Part shown: positions 1 to 12,540 of the stretch, piece after piece
Position numbering within the stretch: the first letter of the stretch is position 1
How the letters are laid out: the number at the start of each line of letters is the position of its first letter
Assembly (NCBI GenBank): GCA_013265495.1
Contig: MU057632.1
Coordinates: 232,054 to 296,053, forward strand
Direction of reading: 5' to 3'
Origin: Vicugna vicugna
Taxonomy: Eukaryota
Length of the DNA stretch: 64,000 nt
Program-made: the position numbers and the translations under genes
The notes under the pieces: generated by a model
Database searches by the model: none
Told to the model about the DNA's origin: nothing
Seen by the model: only the letters and a program-made list of their open reading frames with translations

Positions 1-690
1 GCTGTCCAATTTTCCTAACACCAACACTGTTTATTGAATAGACTCTCTTCTTCCCAATGTGTATTCTTGCCTTTTTTTTGTAGATGAATTGACCATATAA
101 ATATGGATTTCTGGACTTTCTATCCTGTTCCATTGATCTCTGTGTCTGTTTTTTTTGTGCCAGTACCATACTGTTTGATTACTGTAGTTTTGATAGTGAT
201 TTCACTGACTCTGTAGATTGCTTTGTGTAGTTTTGTCACTTTAACAATATTAATTCTTCCAATCCATGAGCAAGTACATCATTGCATTTGTTTCTGTCAT
301 CTGAATTTTCTTTCCTCAATGTCTTACTGACTTAGGACAGGTCTTTTACCTCCTTGGTTACTATTCTTAGGCATTTTATTCTTTTTGATGCTACTATAAA
401 TGGGGTCATTTTCTTAATTTCTCTTTATGATTTTCTTTTTCTTTTCTGATTGCTGTGGCTAGGAATTCCAATGCCATGTTGAATAAAAGTGGTCAGAGTG
501 GGCATCCTTGTCTTATTGCTGATCTTCGAGGAAATGCTTTCAGCTCTTCACTCTTGAGCATGATGTGAGCTGTGGGTTGGTCAAACATGGCCTTTATTAT
601 GTTGAGGTACACTCCTTCTTGTTTCATGAGGTAGGCTTGTATCACTACGAAATTCCTTCTTAGAACTGCTTTTGCTGCATCCCATAAATT
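1..690 (-). mobile_element. Old L1 ORF2 remnant (RT region plus post-endonuclease segment), internally deleted, continues past window start
   Basis: Minus strand reads QGCPL*PLLFNMALEFLATAIRK (about 445-512) and NLWDAAKAVLRRNFVVIQAYLMK (about 622-690), both recognisable L1 ORF2 motifs; stops and deletions present. Confidence 0.9.
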
Positions 691-703
691 AACATTTAAA
701 AAA

Positions 704-1088
704 AATTGAAGTATAGTTGGTTTACAATGTTGTGTTAATTTCTGGTGGACAGCATAGTGATTCAGTTATATATTCCTTTTCATATTCTTTTTCATTATAG
801 GCACTATTACGAGGAATATAGTTCCCTGTGCTATACAGTAGGACCTTGTTATTTCTCTCTTTTATATATAGTAGTGTGTATCTGCTAATCTCGAACTCCC
901 AATTTATCACTTCCCTCTTCCCCTTTCCCTCTTGGTAACCATAAGTTTGTTCTCTATATCTGTGAGTCTGTTTCAGTTTTGTAAATAAGTTCATTTGTGT
1001 CCTTTTTTTTTTTTTTAGATTCCACATATGAGTGATGTCATATGGTATTTTTCTTTCTCTTTCTGGCTTACTCCACTCAGTATGACAA
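704..1088 (-). mobile_element. Young camelid-type L1 3' end, 5'-truncated
   Basis: attgaagtatagttggtttacaatgttgtg...tagttccctgtgctatacagtagg...gattccacatatgagtg; homologous to many other copies in the window. Confidence 0.9.
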
Positions 1089-2539
1089 ACTTGAAGAGAC
1101 TTTTAAGCAGCACTGAGCTGTGCAAAAGAGGGTAGTGGATGACATCTGGGCATGCAGAGCACTTTCAGCATCTCAGCACCCTCAGGTTGAGGCATGACTC
1201 ATAGAATTTGAGTGTGATTGTTTGCTTTGGTGATTTTTTTCTGTCTGTTGAAAAGAGAACCTACTTAAATAATGTTTTTGTTCATTTAAAATATCAGTCT
1301 TATAAAAAATGTCTAGTCACCATAGTTGTTAGATATTTCCATCTTATAATTAAAAGAAATTTGTTGGCCACCAATAGAAACATAAAAATGAATTCTGGCT
1401 CTGGCTAAGGTTAAATTATGTTGAAATTTTATTTCATGCTTCTCTATTTCTGAATATTACTGAGTCAAGAGAAAGAGTAAACTCTTACTTCAGCTGGATT
1501 TTTCTTGGAGATTTTCCCAAGCAATTAATGCTTCTTCTCTTTGGTTTTCCTGATCTCACCTCCTGACAATCCCAAACTTTGATTTTTAAATTTTTATCCC
1601 TAGCTATCATTTGATGACATCAAGGGAAGCACACATATTTAGGTAACTGAAACTTAGAAAAAAATTAAAATAATTATCTTCCTTTAAAATTATTCTATCC
1701 TAATGATGCAAATGTTTATGCCAATGATTGGACTCATATTGATATTTGCTGCTTAGGTATCAGACCAGGATTATTTATGTCAGAAGTTAAAGGCTAAGGG
1801 ATGACTGTTTTAGGGTGAACAACAGCTTGGGTGGGTGGCTCTCAAGGTGCAGAACAATACATATGATTTAGGAGCCAACTTTGGTCCAACTAATGATTGC
1901 TGGAAAGAGAACCGATATTCTGGGAAGATGTGAGATTCCTGCAAAGCACTGATCTCATACAACCTTGGATGTTCCTGTAGACGAAAGGAACTATGCCTTC
2001 CAAGATGCAGTATTTCTTGAAGAACTCCATCCCTCTTTCCTGTGGGAAATGGGCATTAGTGATCACAATCACTCTAAAGCATCCTCACTTTTTATCCTAG
2101 ATTTAGGTTTCAGGATGGTTCTCAGTGATCCTTTGAACACTTTTTTTTTCTTTTTAAAATTAATTAATTTTACTGGGTCCTCAGTGCAACATTGACCCAT
2201 ACCTCATTCCAAGGAAGGTGGTTTCGTCCACAATTTTTCATTCACCCTCCGGGGACACCAAGACTGGGTGTGAAGGATGAAGGATGATGTAAGATAACAC
2301 TCTAACTAGTTAAATGCCAGGGTTGAAGGTGATGCTAAGGTTAGCCATATCTTGGGCAGACACCTAATAAAATGCCTCTAGTCTAAGTTTTAACAGAGGG
2401 GTGCTTGGCATTGAGTTTTCTAGGTGCATAACACAAAGAAGAGAGTGTTAGTATTGGGTCTGATCTCAGAATGGTCCACTCATCTCAATGGTGTCCTATT
2501 GTGCTATTTCCTTGTATGACTGTCTCACTTTCCTTCTCC

Positions 2540-3510
2540 CAGGGGTCCAGCTTTTCCCCTATGTACTCATGACATCCAAATCTAGACTCCTGGACTATAG
2601 ATAAGTATTTCCCTACCTTCTGATGGTTCTCAAATGAATGAAATGTAATCTATAGAAAACCAGCCTGTCTTTCCTCAGAAACTGTCAAACGCCCTGTGTT
2701 CCCAGTCTTGGGTGATGGCATCCCTGTGTAACCACACGGCAAAGTCAGACACCATGGGCATCCTCACTTCCAGTCTCTCACCTCAAATACCACCCTTTGT
2801 TGGGTCGGCCTCAGAAATGCCCCTTGAATTCAGCCTTACCTCTCCATTCCCTCTGCTAATCATATAGCTCAGGGAAATGCAGCCTCCATTCCTGTTTCCA
2901 TTATTTCCTCTCTACCCCAGCTATCCTCCAAAGTGGAGTCAGAATTATCTTTCTCAAAACCAATTTGATTGGGTCATTGTGCTACTTAAATGGAGATCCC
3001 TTTTGACTTTCCTCACTCACAGCATAAAATCCAAGTGATCTGACTTTAGAAAACTGGGTTCTTCCCAATCTGGTGCCAACCTTCCTCTGAGCCTCTGTAT
3101 GTCTACCTGATTCCCCCCTAAATTAATTTAGCCAGCGTGACCCAGACCTTTGTGACTCTAGACCTGGCTCAAATGTCCCCACCTCTAGACACCTTCCTCA
3201 ACTTACAGTGGTGGATTAGTCACGTCTCTGTTGTAATCAACTATTCTTTTTACATGTTTCTATTATATCATCATATTTACAGATCACATAATCTCTAATT
3301 CTACTTACTTTTGATCCTCTTGCTCGCTTTTGGTTCTTTTCCTCTCCAGATAAGAAATATGGTCTTTTTAATTCATAAAATTATTTGGAATTTTACTTTC
3401 GGTTAAAGACAGGAGAAGATAGTTAGAATAATCCAGTGATATCAGGGAGGAGGCCGGGGGTAGAGCTGAGAACACAACAGATACTAAAAAATGCTTGTTT
3501 AATGCATGGT
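2540..3510 (+). mobile_element. L2 LINE remnant
   Basis: Diverged L2 3'-region pattern (ccagtcttgggtgatggcatcc, ccttacctctccattcc, ctggctcaaatgtcccc) ending aaatgcttgtttaatgcatg. Confidence 0.6.
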
Positions 3511-4224
3511 TTAAAAAAATTGTGTCCAAAGTGGAATATAAGTGATGTATTGCATGAGGTCTAAGGGGTGAGTGATAACTACGTCTTAGTTTTATTAGGC
3601 TCGGTTGGTCTAAAACGTTATCACAGGAAGCTGTTTGGATGAATTAGTCCCAATTTCTTTTGCCTCTAGAGATCGTGAATGAAGGAGACAGTCATTGCTA
3701 AACGACTTTTTAATTAAAATATGTTAGTGTTGAATAACTGACTGGGTCGTTGCATCAATTTTCTCTTGTTATATGATCCTATTCATTTTTAATGCTGTCT
3801 ACAGACTCATGTTATACTATTATTCTTTAATGTTAATGATCAGCCTGCTTTGATATGAGGTAAGAGTATTTGCTTTAATAATATAAATATTTGATTACCC
3901 CAGATTCAGAAGGGTAATTGAAGCTCAGCAGAAAATGAGGGTAAGTGGGAAAAAAAGAGGCAAAAGCTAGCAAATAACAATTCTGTTTTAGATTTTCAAA
4001 CTTGCACCCAACACCACTTAATTCTACTTGCCTTTGTAGATCTTCCAAAGGATGAAAAATTGTTTTTGGAGTTTTATACCGCTAAGATTAAAAGACTAAT
4101 TGGAGACAGTATTTGAATGTCTCCATGGAGGCACTGAATTTATATACTAATTATTTAGAACAGTCCTATTCAGAGAGGAGGGTAAAGTCTGGTCTGGTCA
4201 TTTGTTTCACAGTTGAGAGTTTTA

Positions 4225-4910
4225 TCTTCATCTCTTTCCTCCCCGGCCTCGGGCACCTCTCTTGTTCCCGACATTGGGGTAGAAGTGATGAACAGAACAA
4301 CATGGGCCACTCTTAAGGTGTTTGCATTCTGGGGCCAGAAGTCGATAATGAAAAAGCCCCAGATAAGCAAAGAAATATCAAACAGTGATAACGCTATAGA
4401 GTCAACAAAACAGAATTACATGTGAAGTACGGAACTGGCTTCTTTGGGTTGGATGGTGGTTCGTTTAGTTTATTCACATTCTTTTGAGTATCTTCTACAT
4501 GCTAAGCACTGTGGTACCAACTAGGAAATACAGAGACTACTCACATTAGTCCTGATTCTTAGGTAGTTTTCAGTCCAGAAATAAAATATGTTTGGAAGTC
4601 AACAATCATACAGGGGCTTGATAAACACTGTTATCAACCATCTGCTGCTACAGACCATCCCTGCTGAACTGTGCTGGATGCCAGAGCACAGAGGAAGGGG
4701 ATGTTACACTTCCTTGAAGTCAGGGAAGACTTCCAGGAAGAGGGAGCATGAGCTGAGATTTTAAAAATAAGTAAGAATTACCATGGTGGTAAAGAGAAGT
4801 GGTGGCAGAGCTGGGCTTTTCAAGCAGAAGAAATAGCATTTATGAAAACACAGAGGCAGTGTTACTGGAAACGTGAATGGTTTAGTATTGCTGGAGGGTC
4901 AAGTGTGACC
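4225..4910 (-). mobile_element. Two adjacent L2 3' fragments
   Basis: Antisense L2 motifs: ttttgagtatcttctacatgctaagcactgtg, gtcagggaagacttccaggaagagggagcatgagctgag. Confidence 0.55.
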
Positions 4911-5294
4911 GTGAGTGAGTGCACACAGGTCTGTTCCCATGCACTGCTGCCTGTGTTGGCACTTTTCAGGGTAACTGGTGCAGAAATAAACCAAGAGATT
5001 TAGGAAAGACCAGAGAGATGGGAGCAGCCTGAGTGTGGAGAGGTAAAGAATTGCATCTTCTAATTCTAAAAATTATTTAGAATTTTACTTTATGTTAAAA
5101 ACAAAAAAAGAGAGAATAATCCAAATGTTACAAATTTTACATACTGAGAAGATGTCAAAATATGTAGAGTTCAGGTGAAAAATGAAGTTTACAGTGACTA
5201 AATCAAATTATACATTTTAAACAAAATATTCTTAATTTGCTCTATTGTAGCAGTCTTAAAATTTCTTTCTACCTGCAGCAACATTCTTTCTCGT

Positions 5295-5415
5295 TTTTAA
5301 AATTTTTATTGATGTGTACTTGATTCACAATGTTAGCTTCAGGTGTACAGCAAAGTGATTCAGTTATACATATACATACATAAACATATTTTCTTTTCAG
5401 ATTCTTTTCCATTAT
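5295..5415 (-). mobile_element. Young L1 extreme 3' tip
   Basis: ttttattgatgtgtacttgattcacaatgttagcttcaggtgtacagcaaagtgattcagttatac matches the terminus of the 26552 copy. Confidence 0.85.
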
Positions 5416-5442
5416 ATTATTTTTCTTTTTAAAAATATTTTA

Positions 5443-5596
5443 TTTATTCATTTATTTATTGTTTGCTTTTTGTTTGTTTGTTTAGGGGAAGGTAATTAGG
5501 TTTGTTTATTTATTTATTTTACTGGAGGTACGAGGTTTGAACCCAGAACCTCATGCACGCTAAGAACACACTCTACCACTGAGCTATGCCCTCCCC
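5443..5596 (-). mobile_element. Vic-1-type tRNA-Ala-derived SINE
   Basis: Minus strand ggggagggcatagctcagtggtagagtg...ctgggttcaaacc (A and B boxes), AT-rich tail; near-direct flanking repeat ttcttt(t/a)aaaaatatttta at about 5423-5442 and 5597-5615. Confidence 0.9.
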
Positions 5597-8110
5597 TTCT
5601 TTAAAAAATATTTTACTTATTTATTTTTGTTTAGGCATTATTTTTCTACTTAAACTGCATAAAAATTTCCTTTATTAACATTTTGGCTAATTAAAAAATT
5701 TGGATCTCTGATGAATAGATTTGTGAAGTTCAGATTTCTTTAACATAGCTTGGTAACGGGGAGAGCAGAAAAATTTGGATGAAGAATACTCTAAACCATC
5801 ACCTGATACAGGTGTTTATACCTTTGATTTATTTGACCTAAGAATGACACCTCCCAAGCCATCCTCATGATCCAAGGATGCAATAATGCCTTTCACTTGA
5901 AACGACTGTATTGCCAAGCAGATGCAGTGTATGCTTCTGAATGGGCAGAATGCACCCACTTACACTGGCTTTCCTGCCACAGTGCAGCAAATGGACTGAT
6001 GAAAAAGCCAGCTTTTAGGCAAGATTGCTCAGAGTTTATGATAAAAATAGAGTTAAGGCAAACCACTCTAAACCTGTGAAATGTTATAAACAGAGATGTA
6101 CCCAAAACAACAATCTGAATAAGACACTAGTACAGGTAAAAACAGATGTCAAGTTCTAATGGGGAAATACTGCTGTAATCCTGGTCGCCAAGACATCAGC
6201 GTGGAGAGAGCTTGATGGGAGGGGCATCGGGAAGGGTGCAGGCTGCTGGGTTGTGGAGACAAGGGTCCCACATCACACGACCCAGGTAGAGAGTAACCCG
6301 CTGGCTCTGCCCAAAGTGTGGTGATGCTAAAGGTGGGTCGCTCTCATTTATCACCTTGCGTCTGGTCCTTTGCACAGGTTGGGGGAGAACTGCCTTATAA
6401 GCACTCCCAAGGCAGAGCGAGAGTCAAAATAAAGGAGGCGCGTGGAGTCCTTCACTCCCCAGGTTGGCCGCAATCAGCTAGGCTGGCTTGTTTTCCACTC
6501 AGCAGCTGCTATTTGGGAAAAACCATCTCTGACTTCTGTGTTACACGGACATTGTTACCCAGTTTACAACCACGTACGCGCTCATTGGCATTACGGGCAC
6601 GTTGACGAAAGACAACAGACTGCAGGCACACAATACTCAAAATTCTCCACCTGATTTAACTGGAAACATAACTTTAAGGAAGCACCACAGACGTGGACGG
6701 GGACCAGGTGAGTATCTCAGCATACAGCTGGTGTGTAATGTGTGCAGGTGCTTAGCAAATACTGATGGCTCATGGAATACCTGGTAGGTACTTAGTGAAT
6801 ATCTGATGAGTCAATTAAATGAATCAATGAATTGATGAGCAGGTTGGGTTGAAAAACATACCCTTCAGTCTGCAAAGGAGACTCAAGGAAGCACTCAGGG
6901 CTCTGAGTGACCCCCTGATGTTCCCCATTTCTATCCCCTAGCCTAGAGTCTTCCACAGCTCTCTCCTGGGCTCTACAGACAGACAGGCTCCCCAGACTGG
7001 TTACAGGGCCCACCTGCCTAAGTCAGTTGAGTGCCCATCCTCACCTGGCCACAGTGACCCTGAGCATGCCATTCTCCTCTGCTATGGACCACAGGTCCAA
7101 GCCAGAAAGTGACCCAGGGAGGAGCATGCTGGAAAGAAGCAGGTGGGTTGGCAGAAACCCCTCCCCACCTCAAGATTCACAGGTGTGTAAGCAACTCACA
7201 CGTTCTCCACTTTTTATCATCCTGAAGTCAAAAAAGCCAAAGAGGCGGGATGCTCTCCGCCCCCCTCCCTGCCACTCGGCCTAACGCCTTCTGGTTATGT
7301 TGGGACTGCTTCCATTTGGAAGGTTGCATTTGATGTTGCTTTGTACTTGATTCTACCTGATTTTAAAAAATAAAGCTCAGCAGAGTCAGGGGTGGGGAGT
7401 TGGGGACAGAGTGAGTCCTCCCTCCCGCCCCCACTCCCAGGGGTGGTGCTCCCCCATTACGTCCTTTCCTGGCCCCACCTACGGGTGGGCTGGGTCTGGG
7501 GTTTCACCTCTCTGTTCTGCTTCCGCAAGGAGGGCTTTCCCGGTCTTCTCGTGATGCTGGGACCTCACACCAGATCACCCTCGATCAGTCCTCAGCGAGC
7601 CAAGGCTGGAGAGCCGGCTGCACTTCAAGTCTCTCCCCTGTTCTCTGTTTCCAGTGATGCTCTGTGGACTCATTAACGATTATGGCCCCGGAGGAAGCCA
7701 GGTCTGCAGCTTTCTCACGGCATCCAGCCAGGGATGCTGTTTGTCAAGCTGCCATTGGCAGCTTGGAAAGTTTTTCTCTCATCAACTTTGCGGAAGCATG
7801 ATATGTCTTTTCACCTTAGTTGTGACCCCTGATGTTTGTCTGCACTGGAATGGGAGACCCACCCTCATTCTAATCCAATATTCAGTATCTGAGCATGATA
7901 CATGTCTGCATGGGACAGGGGGACCACCCCATTGCTTCCAGCTTTTGACTTTGGCTTTACATATCAACCCCAAATTCTATATATGGGCATGACTAGTAGT
8001 CAACTAGATTGAAAATAATTCTTAGTAATCTTACCTGTGATCTTCATGAGGAATAAATGACTTGAGATAAGATTTATTCTCTCATGTCCATATGTCTTAA
8101 AGTGGGATTT

Positions 8111-8267
8111 TTTGTTTTCATATTCTTTTTTCACTATAGACCTTTACAAGATACTGGGTATAGATCCCTGAGCTCTACAGTAGGACCATGTTGTTTATCT
8201 ATTTTGTATATAGTAGTTAGTACCTGCAAATCTTGAATGCCCAATTTATCCCTTCCCACCCCCTTTC
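8111..8267 (-). mobile_element. Young L1 3'UTR fragment ending early
   Basis: ttttcatattc...tacagtaggacc...cccaatttatcccttccc; imperfect TSD aagtgggattt (8100-8110) / aagagggagtt (8268-8278). Confidence 0.8.
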
Positions 8268-8949
8268 AAGAGGGAGTTGTAAAAAATGGCAAATTAATCC
8301 ATTTTTCTTTCATCCCCTAATTGCATCACTTATTCTCTATAAACCCACAATTTCAAGGCTTTTCACTTCTCTGGCCTCTCTCTTGCTGGGGCTCCATCAC
8401 ATTTTACAGGAATGACTTTCACTGCTTCCTAAACAGCTTTGAGCCTACGACTTCCCCATCCCAGTCCGTTCGAGAGTCCATGCTGCATCGTGGTTTCATT
8501 TTGGTGCTGTATCCATGCTACTGGGGACATTTCAATATTAAGCCCTTGGCCATCCTCTCATCAAGTACGTACTAATAACTGGCCATCAGGTACCACCGTC
8601 TTAGGTACTGTTGCTGAATCTGCCTTGGGTCCTGTTCTCCAGACATTTGCAGTCCGACTGGGGCCTCATTTTCCTCCTCTTCCTCCACTGGCTTAACCCT
8701 CTTCAGCTCTCCTGGGCTTCCTGCCCTTCCCAGCCAGCCTCGGAAGGAATGGTCCTGCCTGAGGGCTTTTGTCCCGGAAGCTCTGTCCATCCAGAACGTT
8801 CTTTCCTCCAGCCTCCTCATTGCTTCCTGCCTCACTTACTGACGTCTCTGCCACCATGCTGCCTCTTCCAGTGGCCTTCTATAAACAGACTGTCTAAACA
8901 TGCCTGCCTTGCCGACTCCTTTTTCCTGACTTCCTTTTTCTTGTAAGAC

Positions 8950-9120
8950 TTCATATATGGACATGCTCATTTGTTTACTCAATGCCTCTCCCACAAAAAC
9001 CCAAGTTCCATGAGGACAGAGGTTGGCCTATTTTGCTCATTTCTATATCCTCAGCTCCCCAAAGAATGCCTCCCCTACATGGGTGCCACATAAACACTGC
9101 TGAGTAAATGGATAAAGGAG
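8950..9120 (+). mobile_element. L2 3' end
   Basis: aagttccatgaggacagagg...ttttgctcatttctatatcctcagc...ctgagtaaatggat. Confidence 0.65.
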
Positions 9121-9599
9121 GAGATACATTGTCAAGTAGGGAAGTCAGGGGGAGGTGCCCGTTTATTCCAGGCAGGAGGAGGTGTCTGACCTGGTTTCAA
9201 ACAGTGGAAATTACTTAAACCTGGAAAGGTAGAGAGGGAAGGGTGTTTACCTTTCTATCACCAGCCCTCTTGGACTCCGTTACTTTCCTGAGACCTTCTA
9301 ATGCTCATCACACCACCTTGTTCCTCTCCCTCTCTTAGCTGAATATGCTTTGGTAGACTCAAAAGGACACAGCAGGTCAGCGTCAGTGTGGATCTGGCTG
9401 CGTGTGGCTCATGGATGTCCTAAGGATGCCTTATCAAGTCTTGACACAGAATCGTGCAGAGCAGTTCTGGGATACAGCCTGGACCACTCAGTTCCACATC
9501 AATGCTCACATCACAAATGCAGAATGTTCCTTCCCTCCTTCATGGTCGACAGAGGTGTGGTCTTGTTCAGACATAATTCCATTATCTTTTTTTTTCTTT

Positions 9600-10092
9600 A
9601 AATTATTTTTAAGAGCTTTATTGATGTATAACTGACATGCAATAAACTGAACAATTAAAAAAAACTGACTTATGTATACACCTCTGAAACCATCACTACC
9701 ATCAAGTTCATAAAAATATCCATCACACCCTAAAGTTGCACATACTCTTTTTGAATTCCTCTCTCCTTTCTATTGCCTCTCCTCATCCCCAGGCAACTAC
9801 TGAGCTGCATTCCTTCACTATAGATTTGTGACAAAATAACAAAACTTTTCCAAAGAAGCTGTAACATTTCCATTCCCACAGCCGTGTATGAACGTTCTAG
9901 TTAACACACACCATCAGCAACACTTGGTATGGTCGGTCTTGTGTATTTTAGCTGTTCTCATAGGTACATAGGGATGTCTCATTGTGATTTTAATTTGCAT
10001 TTCCCTAATGACTGATGATGTTCGGCAGCTTGTTATGTCCTTACTTGCCATCTGTAGATCTTCTTTGATGAGATGTCTGTTCAAATCTTTCA
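9600..10092 (-). mobile_element. Ancient L1M (MB/ME-like 3' end joined to ORF2 C-terminal region)
   Basis: gctttattgatgtataactgacatgcaataaactg...aaaccatcactaccatcaag and ttttaatttgcatttccctaatgactgatgatg...gccatctgtagatcttctttg. Confidence 0.85.
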
Positions 10093-10104
10093 AATTAAAA
10101 AAAT

Positions 10105-10204
10105 TGTTTTTTCTTTATTTTTTTGATTTTTTTTGTATTCTTTTTTACTGAAGTCTAGTCAGTTTACAATGTTGCGTCAGTTGCTGGTGCACGGCATAAT
10201 GTTT
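10105..10204 (-). mobile_element. Young L1 extreme 3' tip with T-rich tail
   Basis: ttttttactgaagtctagtcagtttacaatgttgcgtcag...cataatgtttc matches 17940-18000. Confidence 0.8.
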
Positions 10205-11543
10205 CATTATCTTTGACTTGAACAAATCTTTCCTCTGATATCTGACATAATTTTCACAGAGCAACTCACACACTATATTATTATCCCGCAGTTAAGATGC
10301 AGTGTAGGTGTTAAACTTCTCCTGCTTTTTCTTTTCAGTCATCAGCAGATTGATGAGGGTCCTTAGTTTCCATGAATCATTTTAAAATTTATTTGCATTT
10401 GCCTTGATGAAAGACAAGCAAGGGAAAATAATTGCAGTTTTCAATGTTCGTGGGGATATTCTGAGCACTTTCTGCAGTAAATTACAGGGATGTGAGAAAC
10501 ACAAAGGAGCATCACCCATTCCTCATTTCTGGTTGCTGAACATCTCCCACTCTGTCATTTCGTCACATGCAGAAGACTTCATATCCTCACATGGATTCTC
10601 ATCCTTACGTCCTGTTATCCTCTCTTACAGTGTTTATGCCAGAGCTTTATATGTAAAGATTTAATGTAATCACCTATGTCAAATTCATATAATTTTATGC
10701 ACCAACCTTTCTACGTTGCAAGGACTGGTAAAACATGTTCATGACTCTGCCACTACCGCTGGGTGGGACATCTCTAATTCTTCAATACCGTGTTATATCA
10801 TTGGATGGCTTACAACAATGTTAAAAAAAAAAACCAAACCATCACGTACCCACATTAGAAAAAGAAAACAAACATGTAACACAGATTAATTATGGAGTTA
10901 TTAGCTTCTCAAAGGCACTCTTCACTTTACAAAAGGATTCACTACAGATTTTCTTTAAACAGTAAGCTCTACTAGTGCATTTAAGATATAATGAGATCTG
11001 CCTAAATTGGATGTGTACACATTTTGGGAACTGATTCATTCATTGTGCACAGGAACAGCAAACCCATGTTTGCTTTGCTACCCAAAGCAAAACTGGCAAG
11101 TATGCATATGCTTTCTCTAGGAGGTGCCAAGCAGCCAGATGTTTGGGAAAGCCTGGATATCTAACCATGTGTCTGAGTTCTCGTCCACAGGCTTAGCACA
11201 ATCCATTTATGGTCCAGAGTCCTTGTAACACGTGGGAGGGTGGAGGAGCAAATACAGTGAGACATTCTCTATTTTGCAAAAACTGATAACAGCATTCCGT
11301 TTACTGCTTGTGGATGGGTAATTTCAGAAATGACTACTTTCAGTGAAAACTTTGCAAATGATGTACATCATTTTCATTAGGAGGGGAGGTCATCAGATAA
11401 AGATCTGTCACCTGAAATGTGTACAAATCATCAATGTGTTGGGTAACCTACATTTAAAGGCCTAAAATGCATACTTTAAAATTAACCTGGAAAGCAAGAA
11501 GTTATCCAATAGGGAAAAAATGCTAACATAATATTGCACCTCA

Positions 11544-11705
11544 GGGGGTGGATATAGCTCAGTGGTAGAGTGCATGCCTTGCATGCACAAGGTCCTGGGT
11601 TCAATTCCCAGTACCTCCATTAAAATAATAATTAAATAAATAAACCTAAAAATTACCCTCCCCACATTAAAAAAAAAGAAATACAAAGAAAGAAAGAAAG
11701 AAAAA
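11544..11705 (+). mobile_element. Vic-1-type SINE
   Basis: tagctcagtggtagagtgcatg...ggtcctgggttcaattcccagtacctcca, then aataaataaacctaaaaattaccctcccc and A-rich tail. Confidence 0.92.
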
Positions 11706-11721
11706 GAAGACTGAGGGATAA

Positions 11722-12540
11722 AAGAAGATATACAGGTGGCCAAAAGGTACATGGAAAAAGGCGTTCAAAATCCCTAATCATCAGGGAAATGTAAATCAAA
11801 GCCACACTGAGGTATCACCTTACATGAATGGTTATATCAAAAAAACAAGAAATAATAAATGCTGGCGATGGTGTGGAGTACCAGGACCCCTCCTACACTG
11901 TTGGTGGGAATGCAAATTGGTGCAGCCACTGTGGTAAACAGCACAGAGATTCCTCAAAAAATTAAAAATAGCATTACCATCTGATCCAACAACCTCACTT
12001 CTGGGTACACATACACACAATGGAATAATATTCAGCCCTAAGAAGAAGGAAATCCTGCCATTTGTGACAACATGGATGGACCTCGAGGGCATCATGCTCA
12101 GTGAGACAATTCAGGCAGAGAAAGACAAGCACTGTATGATCTCATCTATATGTGGCATCTAAAAACAGAAACACCCGAACCCATAGAAACAGAGTAGATG
12201 GGTGGTTGTGCGGATGGAGGGGTGGGGGAAATGGTGAAGGTGATCAAGGCACAAGCCTCCAGTTATAAGACAAATCAGTTCTGAGGACCTAACGTACAGC
12301 ATGGTGACTACAGTTCATGGTACTGTATTACATACTTGAAATGTGCTAGCAGAGTAGGTCTTAACAGTTCTCACATTGCACACACAAAACGGTAACTATG
12401 TGAGGCGAAGAAGTGTTAAGTAACTTTACTGGGGTAATTGTTTTGCAATATATATGTACATAAAGTCATCACATTATACACTTTAACTTACACAATATTA
12501 TGTCAACTATATCTCAATAAAGTTGGCAAAAAAAAAAAAG
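11722..12540 (+). mobile_element. L1MA9-like element: ORF2 end, 3'UTR and polyA
   Basis: cctacactgttggtgggaatgcaaattggtgcagccact, catggatggacctcgagggcatcatgc, gtgactacagttcatggtactgtatt, ends atctcaataaagttggc plus A11. Confidence 0.88.

Noticed and set aside
11544..11620. tRNA-Ala-like genes (this and ten other copies)
   Set aside because: All have SINE tails, most have TSDs, and stems carry disruptive substitutions; they are SINE heads, not tRNA genes.
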